The position numbers and the translations under genes are program-made. 47,548 nt of DNA from a virus. Lineage: Duplodnaviria > Caudoviricetes. The notes beneath the pieces are model-generated. The model was not told where the DNA came from. It saw only the letters and a program-made list of their open reading frames with translations, and searched no databases. Location of the stretch: positions 1 to 47,548 of IMG/VR virus record IMGVR_UViG_3300048080_000116, one strand, 5' to 3'. Below are positions 28,130 through 36,623 of this stretch, piece by piece (position 1 is the stretch's first letter; the number at the start of each line of letters is the position of its first letter).

Positions 28130-30479
28130 GCGCCATCCCGCCCGGCTGCGCCATGCCGACGCCCGTGCCCGAGCCCGCCGGCTGCCCCGGCCCCGGCGAC
28201 CCGTTCATCCCTTGCTGCCGGCCGATCTGCGCGTTCTGCGACTGCTGGCCGACGGCCGGCGCGCCCTGCGGCCCCGCACCCCGCTGCTGCATCGACTGGA
28301 TCACGGCCTGCATCTGCGCCAACTGGATCGTCTTGGCCACGTGCGCCTCCGCCGCGGCAAGCGTCTCAGGGGTCAGGATGGCACGCGCGGCCGGATTCGC
28401 CAAGAGCGCCTGATGGGCGTCGAGATGCTGCGCGAGGTTCTCGGCCATCGAGGGCTCGGCGGAGGTGTCCCCGTTCGACCACATCGCGTGCTCCTGCTCC
28501 GGGGTGCGCACGATCGGGTCCTGGAAGGGCTCCAGCACCAGATCCGGATCGGTCTCGCCATACGCCTGCAACCACCGGCGCACCCCGCGATACACCCCCT
28601 TCTTGCCGACTAACCCAAGCTGCAGCAGCATCGGGTTCAGGATCATCTGGAGTTTCGCCGTGGCATCGTCTCGCATCTGCTGGCGGTTCAGCGTGTCGGA
28701 GGTCGCGGCCACCCGCACGTCGTAGCGGCCGGCGATCTCGGCGCGCGACGTCAACCGGATCACTTCGGGGACCTGGCCGGTGACGCGGAACTCCACCCCA
28801 TCCGGGAGATACTGCTGATCGAGCGCCAGGATATCGGAGAAGATGTTGCTCCAGAACCGCTGAAACGCCGTCATCGCGGTCTTGAACCGCAACCCGGCCT
28901 CCGCGAGCAAGGAGGAGGTCCCCGTCGCCGTGCGCGTGGCGCCCACCCGGTTCGGCTGCCGGCCCAAGGACAGATCCGATTGCCCCGTGAGCCGCTCCAG
29001 CATCTGCATCAGCAAGGCCTCTTCGTTCTGCCCGAAGCTGTCCCCGCCGGGCCATTGCGGCCACGCCAGCCGCGCCGGGTCATCCACCGCGATGCCCTCG
29101 CCGGGGCGCACGCGCTCCTGCTGGGCGGAGAGCGTCCAGTTCTTCGGATAGAAGAACGTGCAGGAGTTGCGGATGGTCCCGTTGTCCACACGCTGGTTGT
29201 GGATGGTGTTGATCTCGTCCTGGATGGGCTGGACGATCTGGGGGAAGGACAAGCCCTTGCTGCGCCCCGGGATCGGGAAATAGCACGCCTTGCGGTATGG
29301 GCGCCGCCCGGTGGCGTAGAGATTGTCGAGATAGTCCCAGCCCAAGAGCAATTCGCCGCGCTCTGGAGACACCCAGATCACCAGTTCTTCGTCCAAGCCA
29401 TCTTCATCCAGATCGTAACGGACGTATCGCTCCAGCACCGGATACTCTTGCCCGCGCTGGGAGGACTCCCCGAATTCCTCGATGCCCTCCACAGTCGCTC
29501 GCACCGTGCGGACGTCGGCGGCATCCGGCTGAGTGGCGTCCCCGCCCGGGGACTCGCCACGGAGCAGGGTCTCGACGGCGTCTTCGTAGAAGCGTCCTTG
29601 CCGGACTTTTATGCGAAGCTGCCCTTCATCGAGCCAGAGGCGTTGCATGATCCACGGGAACTTTTGTGGATCTGGTCCCGCGTTGGCGGGTTCAAACATG
29701 TCTTCCGCGTCGGGGAACTCCACATCCGGGCCCTCATAAATCGTCTCGATCCGATCGATCAGCGCCTGGATCTCGTCGGGCAGGATGTGGAGCGTCAGGG
29801 TCGCCTCGCGCTCCCGGTGCTGGGGCGTCCGGACCGTGATGGTCCACGAGGGAAACGCCCCGCCCTCGATCGACTCGGTCGTGGTCGGGACGTCGGCGCC
29901 GAGGACCGCGTCGAGGATCGTCTCCAACGGCGTCTCGGGCGGGAACGACCGGACCGCCTGCACGCGGCGCTCGTCCAGCCGCCAGCGGGTCTTGGCGTAC
30001 ACGGTGCCCGGCAGGAGATAGCGGTGCGCGGATTCGGTGACCTTGGGAGCCAGGTCCATCTGCGTCTGGATCTGCCAGTTGAGGAACAGCTCGACGCGCG
30101 CTTGCCGCGCCTCGTCGTGCGCCTCCGTGGCTTTCGTGAGGACCGGCGGGTCCTCGCCCCACACCGCTTCGATCAATCGCGGCTTGAACGCCTCGATCCC
30201 GGTCATCGTGATCGGCACGTGGAGATTCGAGCAGCCGATCCACGGATACGTCTTCTCTGGCAGGACGCCGAAGTACTGCCGGTCGTCCTGGGCGAGCCGG
30301 TCTTCCCACGCGGATCTGTCCTGGATCGCGGCATGGAAATCCGAGACGGCCATGCGCGCCAGCGTGCGGGCGTCGTCGGCCGACAGCTCCGGTAGGAGGC
30401 GGCGGACGAGGGTATCCGCCTCGGCCACCGGCGGCTCGGGCGGGGCCAGCGGGATCTCGTCGCCGAGGTCGTTGGTCAT
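28122..30479 (-). CDS. Portal protein (P22/T7-like), 785 aa
   Basis: YPWIGCSNLHVP, PGTVYAK, IQDEINTIHNQRVDN, RTATGTSSLL; Gln/Gly-rich tail; follows terminase by ATGA. Confidence 0.9.
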   Translation of the reverse strand: MTNDLGDEIPLAPPEPPVAEADTLVRRLLPELSADDARTLARMAVSDFHAAIQDRSAWEDRLAQDDRQYFGVLPEKTYPWIGCSNLHVPITMTGIEAFKPRLIEAVWGEDPPVLTKATEAHDEARQARVELFLNWQIQTQMDLAPKVTESAHRYLLPGTVYAKTRWRLDERRVQAVRSFPPETPLETILDAVLGADVPTTTESIEGGAFPSWTITVRTPQHREREATLTLHILPDEIQALIDRIETIYEGPDVEFPDAEDMFEPANAGPDPQKFPWIMQRLWLDEGQLRIKVRQGRFYEDAVETLLRGESPGGDATQPDAADVRTVRATVEGIEEFGESSQRGQEYPVLERYVRYDLDEDGLDEELVIWVSPERGELLLGWDYLDNLYATGRRPYRKACYFPIPGRSKGLSFPQIVQPIQDEINTIHNQRVDNGTIRNSCTFFYPKNWTLSAQQERVRPGEGIAVDDPARLAWPQWPGGDSFGQNEEALLMQMLERLTGQSDLSLGRQPNRVGATRTATGTSSLLAEAGLRFKTAMTAFQRFWSNIFSDILALDQQYLPDGVEFRVTGQVPEVIRLTSRAEIAGRYDVRVAATSDTLNRQQMRDDATAKLQMILNPMLLQLGLVGKKGVYRGVRRWLQAYGETDPDLVLEPFQDPIVRTPEQEHAMWSNGDTSAEPSMAENLAQHLDAHQALLANPAARAILTPETLAAAEAHVAKTIQLAQMQAVIQSMQQRGAGPQGAPAVGQQSQNAQIGRQQGMNGSPGPGQPAGSGTGVGMAQPGGMARG

Positions 30480-31378
30480 CGCACCGGGGTCCCGTAGCCC
30501 TGGTACGGCGGGCGCGCGGGCGGCGGGGCCGCGGCCGTGTCCAGGGCGTAGCGCATGAGGCCGAGCTTCCGATGCAGCCCGATGACGCCATAGCGCACGG
30601 CGGCCATCACATCCGCCCACGGGTGCGTGGTGTCGTCCGGCTCGTCTTTCCAGCGGCCGTCTTTCGACACCGGGTAGACGTAGCGGCCGAGAAACGCCTG
30701 CGTCGTGAGCGGGCACCCGGCGGGATCGGCCACCAGCGACGGCGTGCCGTCGGTGCGGAGCGCGAGGAGGCGGTGGATCAGGGTGCGCGCGTCTTTCCGG
30801 GACCAGCCCCACTCGCTGCTCGCGTGGATGCCGAGTCCCGCGAGCACCTCCACGTCCCGCTGCTCGTTGCGCTCCGATGCCATGCTCTTGACCTGCTGGC
30901 CGGCCGGGTCGCAGAAGTCCTCGAACCCCGCGGCATGCCGGGGGAACCAGGTCGCGCAGCGCTGGAGCACGTCGGCGGCGAAGTCATGCGTCGTCTGCTT
31001 GGCGCCGACGACTTCCTTGAGGAAACAGAGCCGCCCCTGCCCGTCGATCTGGGCGAGCAGGCACACGGGGGTGTGCCACCCGAAGTCCCAGAACCGATAG
31101 AGCAGCTTGTGCGGCCGGAGCGTCTGCCCGACGGCGTGGTGCGTGTCGGTGAACTGTGGAAACACACGCGCCCCGTAGCCCGCCGACCAGTTGATCTCCA
31201 TCTCGCGGGCGAAGTCGTTGGGGTCGGGGTACGCGGCGCGCTGGGCCTCGAGCCAGGCCGCCGCCCGCTCGCGCTGCGCCGCATCGGGGCTGCCGGGGTT
31301 CTTCTCGGGATCGGCGGAGTAGTGGATGCGCACGGCGGTGAAGCCGAGCGCGTTGTCGAAGTGCATGAAGGGGTCCAT
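30476..31378 (-). CDS. terL: Terminase large subunit, nuclease (RNase H-like) domain as separate gene
   Basis: FAREMEI, WDFGWHTP, DPAG, ADVMAAVRY. Confidence 0.82.
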   Translation of the reverse strand: MDPFMHFDNALGFTAVRIHYSADPEKNPGSPDAAQRERAAAWLEAQRAAYPDPNDFAREMEINWSAGYGARVFPQFTDTHHAVGQTLRPHKLLYRFWDFGWHTPVCLLAQIDGQGRLCFLKEVVGAKQTTHDFAADVLQRCATWFPRHAAGFEDFCDPAGQQVKSMASERNEQRDVEVLAGLGIHASSEWGWSRKDARTLIHRLLALRTDGTPSLVADPAGCPLTTQAFLGRYVYPVSKDGRWKDEPDDTTHPWADVMAAVRYGVIGLHRKLGLMRYALDTAAAPPPARPPYQGYGTPVR

Positions 31379-31518
31379 CAGTCCGCCACGGGGGGGAGGG
31401 CGGCGGCGCGGCGGGCGAGCCGGTCGCCTCCGTCCACCGCGTCCTCGAAGTAGTCCGCGAGCGCCGGGGAGGCCGTCAGGATCTCGATCTGCTTCGGCGT
31501 GAGGGCGCGCGCGCTCAT
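31378..31518 (-). CDS. 46-aa ORF between the two terminase halves
   Basis: GGAGG RBS, ATGA and TGATG coupling. Confidence 0.6.
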   Translation of the reverse strand: MSARALTPKQIEILTASPALADYFEDAVDGGDRLARRAAALPPVAD

Positions 31519-32291
31519 CCCGCCTCCACCGGCGTCACGGCATCCAGCGCCAGGCCGTGCCAGAGATGGTAGAAGAAGTTCCCCGCCCCTCCATTGGGCG
31601 TCGAGATGGCGATGAGCTGGGCGCCCTTCTGGACCAGCGGCGCGATGGCCGTGTAGGAGGCTTTCGCCTCCTCCAGAAACGCCATCTCGTCGAGCACGAT
31701 GAGCGTGCCGGTTTTCCCGCGGATCTTGTTGGCGCCGCCGGGGAGCGCCCGGATGATGGACCCGTTGGGATAGGTCAGCTGCCCCTCGGGATCGCGCACG
31801 GGCAGTTGCATCCAGGGGGGCAAATGCCGCTCGATGAACTGGCAGCGCCCGAAATACCCGCCGTCTTTGGTGGACCCGGCGACCGAGACCATCCCGTTGG
31901 CGTCGTCTTCGGACTGGGTCTGGTAGAGCACGGCCGTATTGGGATGAAACCGGGCCACCCAGACCATGTACGCGCACGTCGCCCAGGTCACGAGCATCTG
32001 CCGGCTCTTGGCGACGGCCAGGCGCGGTTTGGTGGCCATCAGCGCCCAGTACGCGCGCACGTAGTCCAGCTGCTGCGGGAAGGCCTTGGTGGACTCGGCT
32101 GGATCGGCTTCGTCCTTGGTGCGCACGAACGCAGTCCAGAACCAGCCGTCCGTCTGGCAGCGGAGCAGCACCTCCTGGCGGACGGCGCGGAGCAGGGCGT
32201 CAGACTTGTCCGGCGGCAGATCGGCCAGCCGCTCGGCCCACGCGGCGCGGGCCTCGGGGGGCGCCTGCTGGAGCGAGGCCAGGAGCGTCAC
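31515..32291 (-). CDS. terL: Terminase large subunit, ATPase domain as separate gene
   Basis: Walker A-like AKSRQMLVTW, YPNGSIIRALP, Walker B LIVLDEMAF, motif III ISTPNG. Confidence 0.88.
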   Translation of the reverse strand: MTLLASLQQAPPEARAAWAERLADLPPDKSDALLRAVRQEVLLRCQTDGWFWTAFVRTKDEADPAESTKAFPQQLDYVRAYWALMATKPRLAVAKSRQMLVTWATCAYMVWVARFHPNTAVLYQTQSEDDANGMVSVAGSTKDGGYFGRCQFIERHLPPWMQLPVRDPEGQLTYPNGSIIRALPGGANKIRGKTGTLIVLDEMAFLEEAKASYTAIAPLVQKGAQLIAISTPNGGAGNFFYHLWHGLALDAVTPVEAG

Positions 32292-32863
32292 GGAGCCCTC
32301 GGCGGCGTCAGCACGGCCGGGCCCGGCGAGAGGAGCAGTTCCACGAGCCGCGCGATCTCCCCGGAGGCCTCCCCGGCCGGCGCCTGATTGATCACCGCCA
32401 CTTGCACGCCTCGGGGCGCGTGCTCCCCGGCGGCGGAGGACCAGAACCGTTCCATGTTCGACAGCCCGCGGGCGACCATGTCGAAGTGCTTGGGCTCGCG
32501 CTGGTCGATCGTCTCATGGACCCAGTCCATGCCCTTGACAGCAATGTCCAGGGAGGAGGAGAGGGCATGGGCACGGACGAGCTTGCGGAAGTCCTCCACG
32601 AGCCCCGTGGTATCGGCCGCGCCGAGGATCTTGTTCACGCGCTCCCGGGACATCTGCAACGCCCGGGCAATGGAGGCTTCCGAGCACCGGACGGCCGAGA
32701 GCATGGCCACCTGCTGCTGGACGGCGGCCGCGCCGGCCACCCCCGCCGCCCGCTTGGTGATGGGACGTTTCAGTGCGCGGCGCCTGGTTGGCGCAGGGGG
32801 CCCCGTCTCGACGGACGCCTCCACGGGCCCTGCCGGGGGGGTTACCGCCACGTCAGCCACCAC
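32288..32863 (-). CDS. Terminase small subunit candidate, 191 aa
   Basis: HTH-like SEASIARALQMSRERVNKIL; directly upstream of TerL. Confidence 0.55.
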   Translation of the reverse strand: MVADVAVTPPAGPVEASVETGPPAPTRRRALKRPITKRAAGVAGAAAVQQQVAMLSAVRCSEASIARALQMSRERVNKILGAADTTGLVEDFRKLVRAHALSSSLDIAVKGMDWVHETIDQREPKHFDMVARGLSNMERFWSSAAGEHAPRGVQVAVINQAPAGEASGEIARLVELLLSPGPAVLTPPRAP

Positions 32864-32958
32864 AGCCCCGCAATGGCCAGGACGCAGACCACGAGGAAGA
32901 GCATATCGCCCCAGCCGAGCGGCCCCAGGCGCTCCGGCATCTCCCTCGTCCTCCTCAT
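32842..32958 (-). CDS. Small membrane protein, 38 aa
   Basis: ATGA coupling; single TM. Confidence 0.5.
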   Translation of the reverse strand: MRRTREMPERLGPLGWGDMLFLVVCVLAIAGLWWLTWR

Positions 32959-33317
32959 GCCGTCTCCCGCCCCGCCCAGACGCCCGGCCGGGGCGCCGTG
33001 CCGTTGGTGTTGCGTTCGATGGCTTCGAGCAGCTCGAGCTGCCGCAGGAAGGCCGGGTCGTTCTCCCAGGTCTTGAGAATCACGGCATGAATCACCCGGT
33101 GGCGCCACACCAGCCACCCGAACACCAGGGCGAGCCCGAGCAGGCTCAGCACCATCACGACTCCTATCAGCACCGCCTTGGCCACCGTGAGCCCCAGATA
33201 GGCGCTCACTGCGGTCGCCCCCAGGGCGGGCTTCAGGGCCTCTCGGAGCATCTGCGTGTAGGGATCCCCCAACTGCTGCCAGTAGCGGATCGTCCCGATG
33301 CGGTCCCCCCACGTCAT
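32955..33317 (-). CDS. Two-TM membrane protein, 120 aa
   Basis: Hydrophobic segments; ATGA overlaps. Confidence 0.65.
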   Translation of the reverse strand: MTWGDRIGTIRYWQQLGDPYTQMLREALKPALGATAVSAYLGLTVAKAVLIGVVMVLSLLGLALVFGWLVWRHRVIHAVILKTWENDPAFLRQLELLEAIERNTNGTAPRPGVWAGRETA

Positions 33318-33541
33318 GGAGACATGCGCCGGACGGCCGGAGCCCAGACGAGCCGTTCCTGTCGGTCTGTGAGACCCGCCCGCCTCGCCCAGCGTGTGTG
33401 ACAGGTCAGCGCATGCAGCCTCCCCTCAACGACTCGGCACGATGCACAGGCCCGGCTCGGTCTCGCCGGTGTACGTGTGGGTCCTCGCGGGGCGAGGCGA
33501 GGGGCCTGCTCGTACCACCCTCTCCAGGTGTCATCGCGCAT
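33314..33541 (-). CDS. Hypothetical protein, 75 aa
   Basis: CASC...HALTCH; ATGA overlap. Confidence 0.4.
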   Translation of the reverse strand: MRDDTWRGWYEQAPRLAPRGPTRTPARPSRACASCRVVEGRLHALTCHTRWARRAGLTDRQERLVWAPAVRRMSP

Positions 33542-33562
33542 GGGGTGGTGCCGTGACAGGGA

Positions 33563-33907
33563 TCAGGACCACGGCCGGTCCCATTCAGGGGGGATCTCAT
33601 ACGGCGAGGCCGAGTGGGGCTTGATGGGCGACCCCTGTGTTCCACGTGGAACAGTGTGGCATGACACGGGAGAGACACTGGTCAGGGAGGCCGTGTCGGG
33701 TGGGAGGGGTATATACGGGTGTGGGCGGGGGACCACCGTGCGGCCTGCCCGGGGGGGGTCAGGCCGGTCGGCGTCGTGGGCCAGTGGCATGTGAACGTGA
33801 TCACAATCACATGCCTCTCCGTCCCCGTGCGTCACGTCTGCCATCGGCAGCACCCCGTCCAGCACGTAGGCGTCGAAGGCCCGTGGCACGGAGCCAAGCA
33901 CGCTCAC
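33563..33907 (-). CDS. Hypothetical protein, 114 aa (spans parS)
   Basis: GGAGG RBS and GTGA coupling; low-complexity C-half. Confidence 0.4.
   Translation of the reverse strand: MSVLGSVPRAFDAYVLDGVLPMADVTHGDGEACDCDHVHMPLAHDADRPDPPRAGRTVVPRPHPYIPLPPDTASLTSVSPVSCHTVPRGTQGSPIKPHSASPYEIPPEWDRPWS
33638..33653. promoter_or_regulatory. parS: parS-type centromere palindrome
   Basis: TGTTCCACGTGGAACA, perfect 16-bp palindrome fitting the bacterial chromosomal parS consensus. Confidence 0.75.
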
Positions 33908-34035
33908 CTATCCTCCCAGCCTCGATGCCGTGTCGTGTCATGCGCCCGGCTGAAGTCGGCGAGGTAGACCACGAGGGCAATGGCCAGGATGAGGCCCACG
34001 GCACAGGGCACCAGCAGGAGCCACCAGAGGGCCAT
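33904..34035 (-). CDS. Small membrane protein, 43 aa, probably leaderless
   Basis: MALWWLLLVPCAVGLILAIALVVYL; promoter 6 nt upstream. Confidence 0.6.
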   Translation of the reverse strand: MALWWLLLVPCAVGLILAIALVVYLADFSRAHDTTRHRGWEDR

Positions 34036-34041
34036 AGCTGG

Positions 34042-34071
34042 CGTATACACTGCGGGCGAACTGCGTGTCAA
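34042..34071 (-). promoter_or_regulatory. Sigma70-type promoter at head of the packaging/structural operon
   Basis: TTGACA N18 TATACG N6 ATG on minus strand. Confidence 0.55.
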
Positions 34072-34334
34072 GATGCGTGTGCGGGATGGCTGGAATGACG
34101 CGGCTGACTGGGCTCTGAAAGGGAGCTCCGAGCGGCGATGCATCCCGTTCTATGCCCTCCGTTACCCTCCCGCGCACTTGAGCAATCTAATGCAGCGCGT
34201 TACCACCATCACCGTCTCTCGCTCCACCGCACGCCCGCTGCGTGAGAGGCAGGACCACTCACCATCTGACGACACCGCTAGTACATTCCTTCACAATCAC
34301 AGTGCGTCAAGTCAATGTTTCCGCGCACTTGAGG

Positions 34335-34374
34335 TGACAGGTTTTGTCATCTGTGCGATTCTTCTCTATAGGGT
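34335..34374 (+). promoter_or_regulatory. Possible rightward promoter with overlapping palindrome
   Basis: TTGTCA N17 TATAGG; TGACA-N5-TGTCA inverted repeat in an AT-richer intergenic region. Confidence 0.3.
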
Positions 34375-34427
34375 GAGAGGACATGATGGAGCGCACCGTA
34401 GGGAACCGAGAGAGGGAGGAGACGACA

Positions 34428-34622
34428 ATGATCACCATGACCCAGCACGAGCAGGTAGAGTTTGGTCGCTGCGCGCAGGCGATGTATCAGCGCGGTCAGA
34501 ATCTCCTCGGACATCAGATGTCGGCTGTAGCCTCGTCCACGGTCGTCTCACAGGCCCGCTATGATGGCGCGGCCTTCGCCTATCGTCGCTGGCTGGTCTT
34601 CGATGAGCCCAAGGACGCCTAG
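34428..34622 (+). CDS. Hypothetical protein, 64 aa
   Basis: Strong GGAGGAG RBS. Confidence 0.65.
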   Translation: MITMTQHEQVEFGRCAQAMYQRGQNLLGHQMSAVASSTVVSQARYDGAAFAYRRWLVFDEPKDA

Positions 34623-34697
34623 CCCCATGCCTCCCGTCGTCGGGAACCGCACGATGCCCTGCGAGACGTGCCGCGCCACCCACAGGGGAGGAATCGC

Positions 34698-34889
34698 ATG
34701 AGCGCCAAGACGTGGGACGGGCGGCCGAGCCCCTACTGGCAGCATGAGACGCCGCTGCGGTGCCCGAAGCGGCATGTAATGGGCTGGCTGGGCTCCGTGT
34801 TCTGGTTCTGCGTGACGTGCAAGCCCAAGACGATATGGGCGCAGAAACCATCTGCACGCCGCGCCACGGGACAGGGGGAGGGGCCATGA
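34698..34889 (+). CDS. Small Cys/His protein, 63 aa
   Basis: GGAGG RBS; CPKRH, CVTC. Confidence 0.6.
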   Translation: MSAKTWDGRPSPYWQHETPLRCPKRHVMGWLGSVFWFCVTCKPKTIWAQKPSARRATGQGEGP

Positions 34890-35038
34890 GCGAGTTCGGG
34901 ACGTGCCAGCGGAAGACGTGCGAGCAGGCGGCGGTGGTTGGATTGAATGGCCTCTTCCTCTGCCAAGCGCACTTTGAAGACGCCCTGAAGAAAGCGAAGG
35001 CGGTCGTAGACAGAATGATGGAAGGGTTGCGGCCATGA
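34886..35038 (+). CDS. Small zinc-binding protein, 50 aa, paralog of 45909-46070
   Basis: C-x4-C...LCxxHF; clear paralogy. Confidence 0.7.
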   Translation: MSEFGTCQRKTCEQAAVVGLNGLFLCQAHFEDALKKAKAVVDRMMEGLRP

Positions 35039-35286
35039 GCCAGCCGGCGGCTGAGAAGCGGAGCCAGCACATTGCCAAGGCCGAGGAGCATCTATGGGTC
35101 TACTCGATGGGGAAGCGGTTCCGCGTCATGGGCATCTTCGAGGGGGACGCGGGCGCAAACGCCTACTGCGAAAAGCACGACAGCGCCGCCGTCATCGCCT
35201 GCTTCGGGACATTCGTCATCGTCGCCAACAAGTACGAAGGGGAGGCCGAGCTATGCCACACGCAGCCGAGTGCAAAGAGTGCCTGA
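35035..35286 (+). CDS. Hypothetical protein, 83 aa
   Basis: ATGA coupling. Confidence 0.6.
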   Translation: MSQPAAEKRSQHIAKAEEHLWVYSMGKRFRVMGIFEGDAGANAYCEKHDSAAVIACFGTFVIVANKYEGEAELCHTQPSAKSA

Positions 35287-35489
35287 TCGAGTACGGGCAT
35301 GGGCGCGAGCCCGACTACATCGACTTCTGCCCCCTCCACGCCCAGGCCGGGGCGATGCGGGACGCGCTGGAAGCATTGATATGGGCAAGCGATAGGTGTC
35401 AGGGGCACCGTGCTTGCGCCCATGACATGGAGCCATGGAAGCGGGCCCGCGCTCTGCTCGCCGCCACGGGAGGAGCGACCCATGAGTGA
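35253..35489 (+). CDS. Hypothetical protein, 78 aa
   Basis: GGAGG RBS; IDFCPLHA...MRDALEAL...ARALLA pattern common in phage early genes. Confidence 0.6.
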   Translation: MPHAAECKECLIEYGHGREPDYIDFCPLHAQAGAMRDALEALIWASDRCQGHRACAHDMEPWKRARALLAATGGATHE

Positions 35490-35796
35490 GCCAGCCCGCG
35501 ACGGGCTGAGAAGCAGGAAGCGGCGCGGTGCCGTCCTCGTCTGCCAGTTCTCGGCGCTCGACGATCTACCAAAGCGCGGGTTGACCTATGGGCGGCTCAA
35601 GGCAGAGGTCATCAAGGCGGGTCGCTTCTCCTGCTTTGAGGCCAGCGAGACGCCCACGCGAGCGGTGCTGTTCACGCGCCTCTGCCGAGATCCCGAGTTG
35701 GTCATCACGAACCTCGGCTATCCGTGGACAGGCGTGAAGTGGATCGGGCCGCCGGAGCCGAAGGCGACAGCCCCATGCCCCCCGTCGTCGGGATGA
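35482..35796 (+). CDS. Hypothetical protein, 104 aa
   Basis: GGAGGAG RBS. Confidence 0.6.
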   Translation: MSEPARDGLRSRKRRGAVLVCQFSALDDLPKRGLTYGRLKAEVIKAGRFSCFEASETPTRAVLFTRLCRDPELVITNLGYPWTGVKWIGPPEPKATAPCPPSSG

Positions 35797-35838
35797 CCGC
35801 GCTGGCCACATCCTCATAGCATCCACCAGGAGGACACC

Positions 35839-36096
35839 ATGAAGAAGATCATCGACGACGTACCCGGCGAGGGACTCACGAAGCTGCTCGGCGAGCGGGT
35901 GACGCTGTTCTGCCTGAACTACATCTACACCGGCACCCTGACGGGCGTGAACGCCGATTGTGTGCTGCTGACTGACCCCGCGATCGTGTACGAGACGGGC
36001 CCGTTCACGGACGCGAAGTGGAAGGACGTGCAGGCATTGCCACACGAGCTCTACGTCATGCAGGCGTGCATCGAGAGCTTCGGCCGCGTGAAGTAA
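35839..36096 (+). CDS. Sm/LSm/Hfq-like fold protein, 85 aa
   Basis: AGGAGG RBS; LTKLLGERVTLFCLNYIYTGTLTGVNADCVLLTDPAIV matches Sm1 pattern (helix, G..V.V, Y.G.L.G.D...L.L.D). Confidence 0.65.
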   Translation: MKKIIDDVPGEGLTKLLGERVTLFCLNYIYTGTLTGVNADCVLLTDPAIVYETGPFTDAKWKDVQALPHELYVMQACIESFGRVK

Positions 36097-36288
36097 ATGC
36101 GCCGCGCCCAGAAGCAACGCTGGCGGTCGTGGTCGCGGTCGGGGTCGCGGTCGGGGTCGCGGTCGCGGTCGCGGTCGTGGTCGTGGTCGGGGTCGCGGTC
36201 GTGGTCGCGGTCGGGGTCGTGGTCGCGGTCGGGGTCGGGGTCGCGGTCGGGGTCGGGGTCGCGGTCGGGGTCGTGGTCGGGGATATGA
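36097..36288 (+). CDS. Ser-Arg/Gly/Trp dipeptide-repeat protein, 63 aa
   Basis: ATG directly after upstream TAA, ATGA overlap downstream. Confidence 0.65.
   Translation: MRRAQKQRWRSWSRSGSRSGSRSRSRSWSWSGSRSWSRSGSWSRSGSGSRSGSGSRSGSWSGI
36127..36282 (+). repeat. 26 tandem hexamers TCG-(C/G/T)GG
   Basis: Counted from sequence; only one position varies. Confidence 0.95.
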
Positions 36289-36410
36289 GCCCCCCCGACG
36301 CCGGGATGACCTGGGCCGAGGGGCTGGTCTGGCTGGGGTTCTGGCTGGCGCTCATGGTGGCAGCCTTCGCGTGGTGGGCACGCTGGCTCCTGCGGGATCG
36401 GGGAGAGTAA
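36285..36410 (+). CDS. Small Trp-rich membrane protein, 41 aa
   Basis: ATGA coupling, single TM. Confidence 0.55.
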   Translation: MSPPDAGMTWAEGLVWLGFWLALMVAAFAWWARWLLRDRGE

Positions 36411-36413
36411 CCC

Positions 36414-36623
36414 ATGCCCACCTACGAGGTCCGGTGTAGCGCCTGCGGCAAGCGGAAGTGGCCGACACTGCCCGAGAAGCCGGCCCGATATGTCTGTGCC
36501 CTGTGCGTGGCTGAGGGGCCCGCAGAGGGCATCAAGCGGCGGGAGACAGCCAAACGGGCATCCCTGACCCGGAAGTCTCGCCAGGGAGCGTCAGGCGACC
36601 TCACAGGTAGTATCCAGCCATGA
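36414..36623 (+). CDS. Zinc-ribbon protein, 69 aa
   Basis: MPTYEVRCSACG...YVCALC. Confidence 0.65.
   Translation: MPTYEVRCSACGKRKWPTLPEKPARYVCALCVAEGPAEGIKRRETAKRASLTRKSRQGASGDLTGSIQP

Noticed and set aside
2685-32387. Long plus-strand ORFs opposite structural genes (e.g. 9825-11210, 20705-22648, 24509-26011, 28980-30395)
   Set aside because: Arg/Gly/Pro-rich shadow frames expected in GC-rich DNA; no motifs or promoter signals
36127-36282. CRISPR array
   Set aside because: 6-nt tandem units without spacers; no cas genes
36018-36421. Poly-Val (36018-36410 +) or poly-Thr (36056-36421 -) ORFs as the real product of the repeat
   Set aside because: They overlap better-supported genes and lack coupled starts; the Ser-X frame is coupled at both ends
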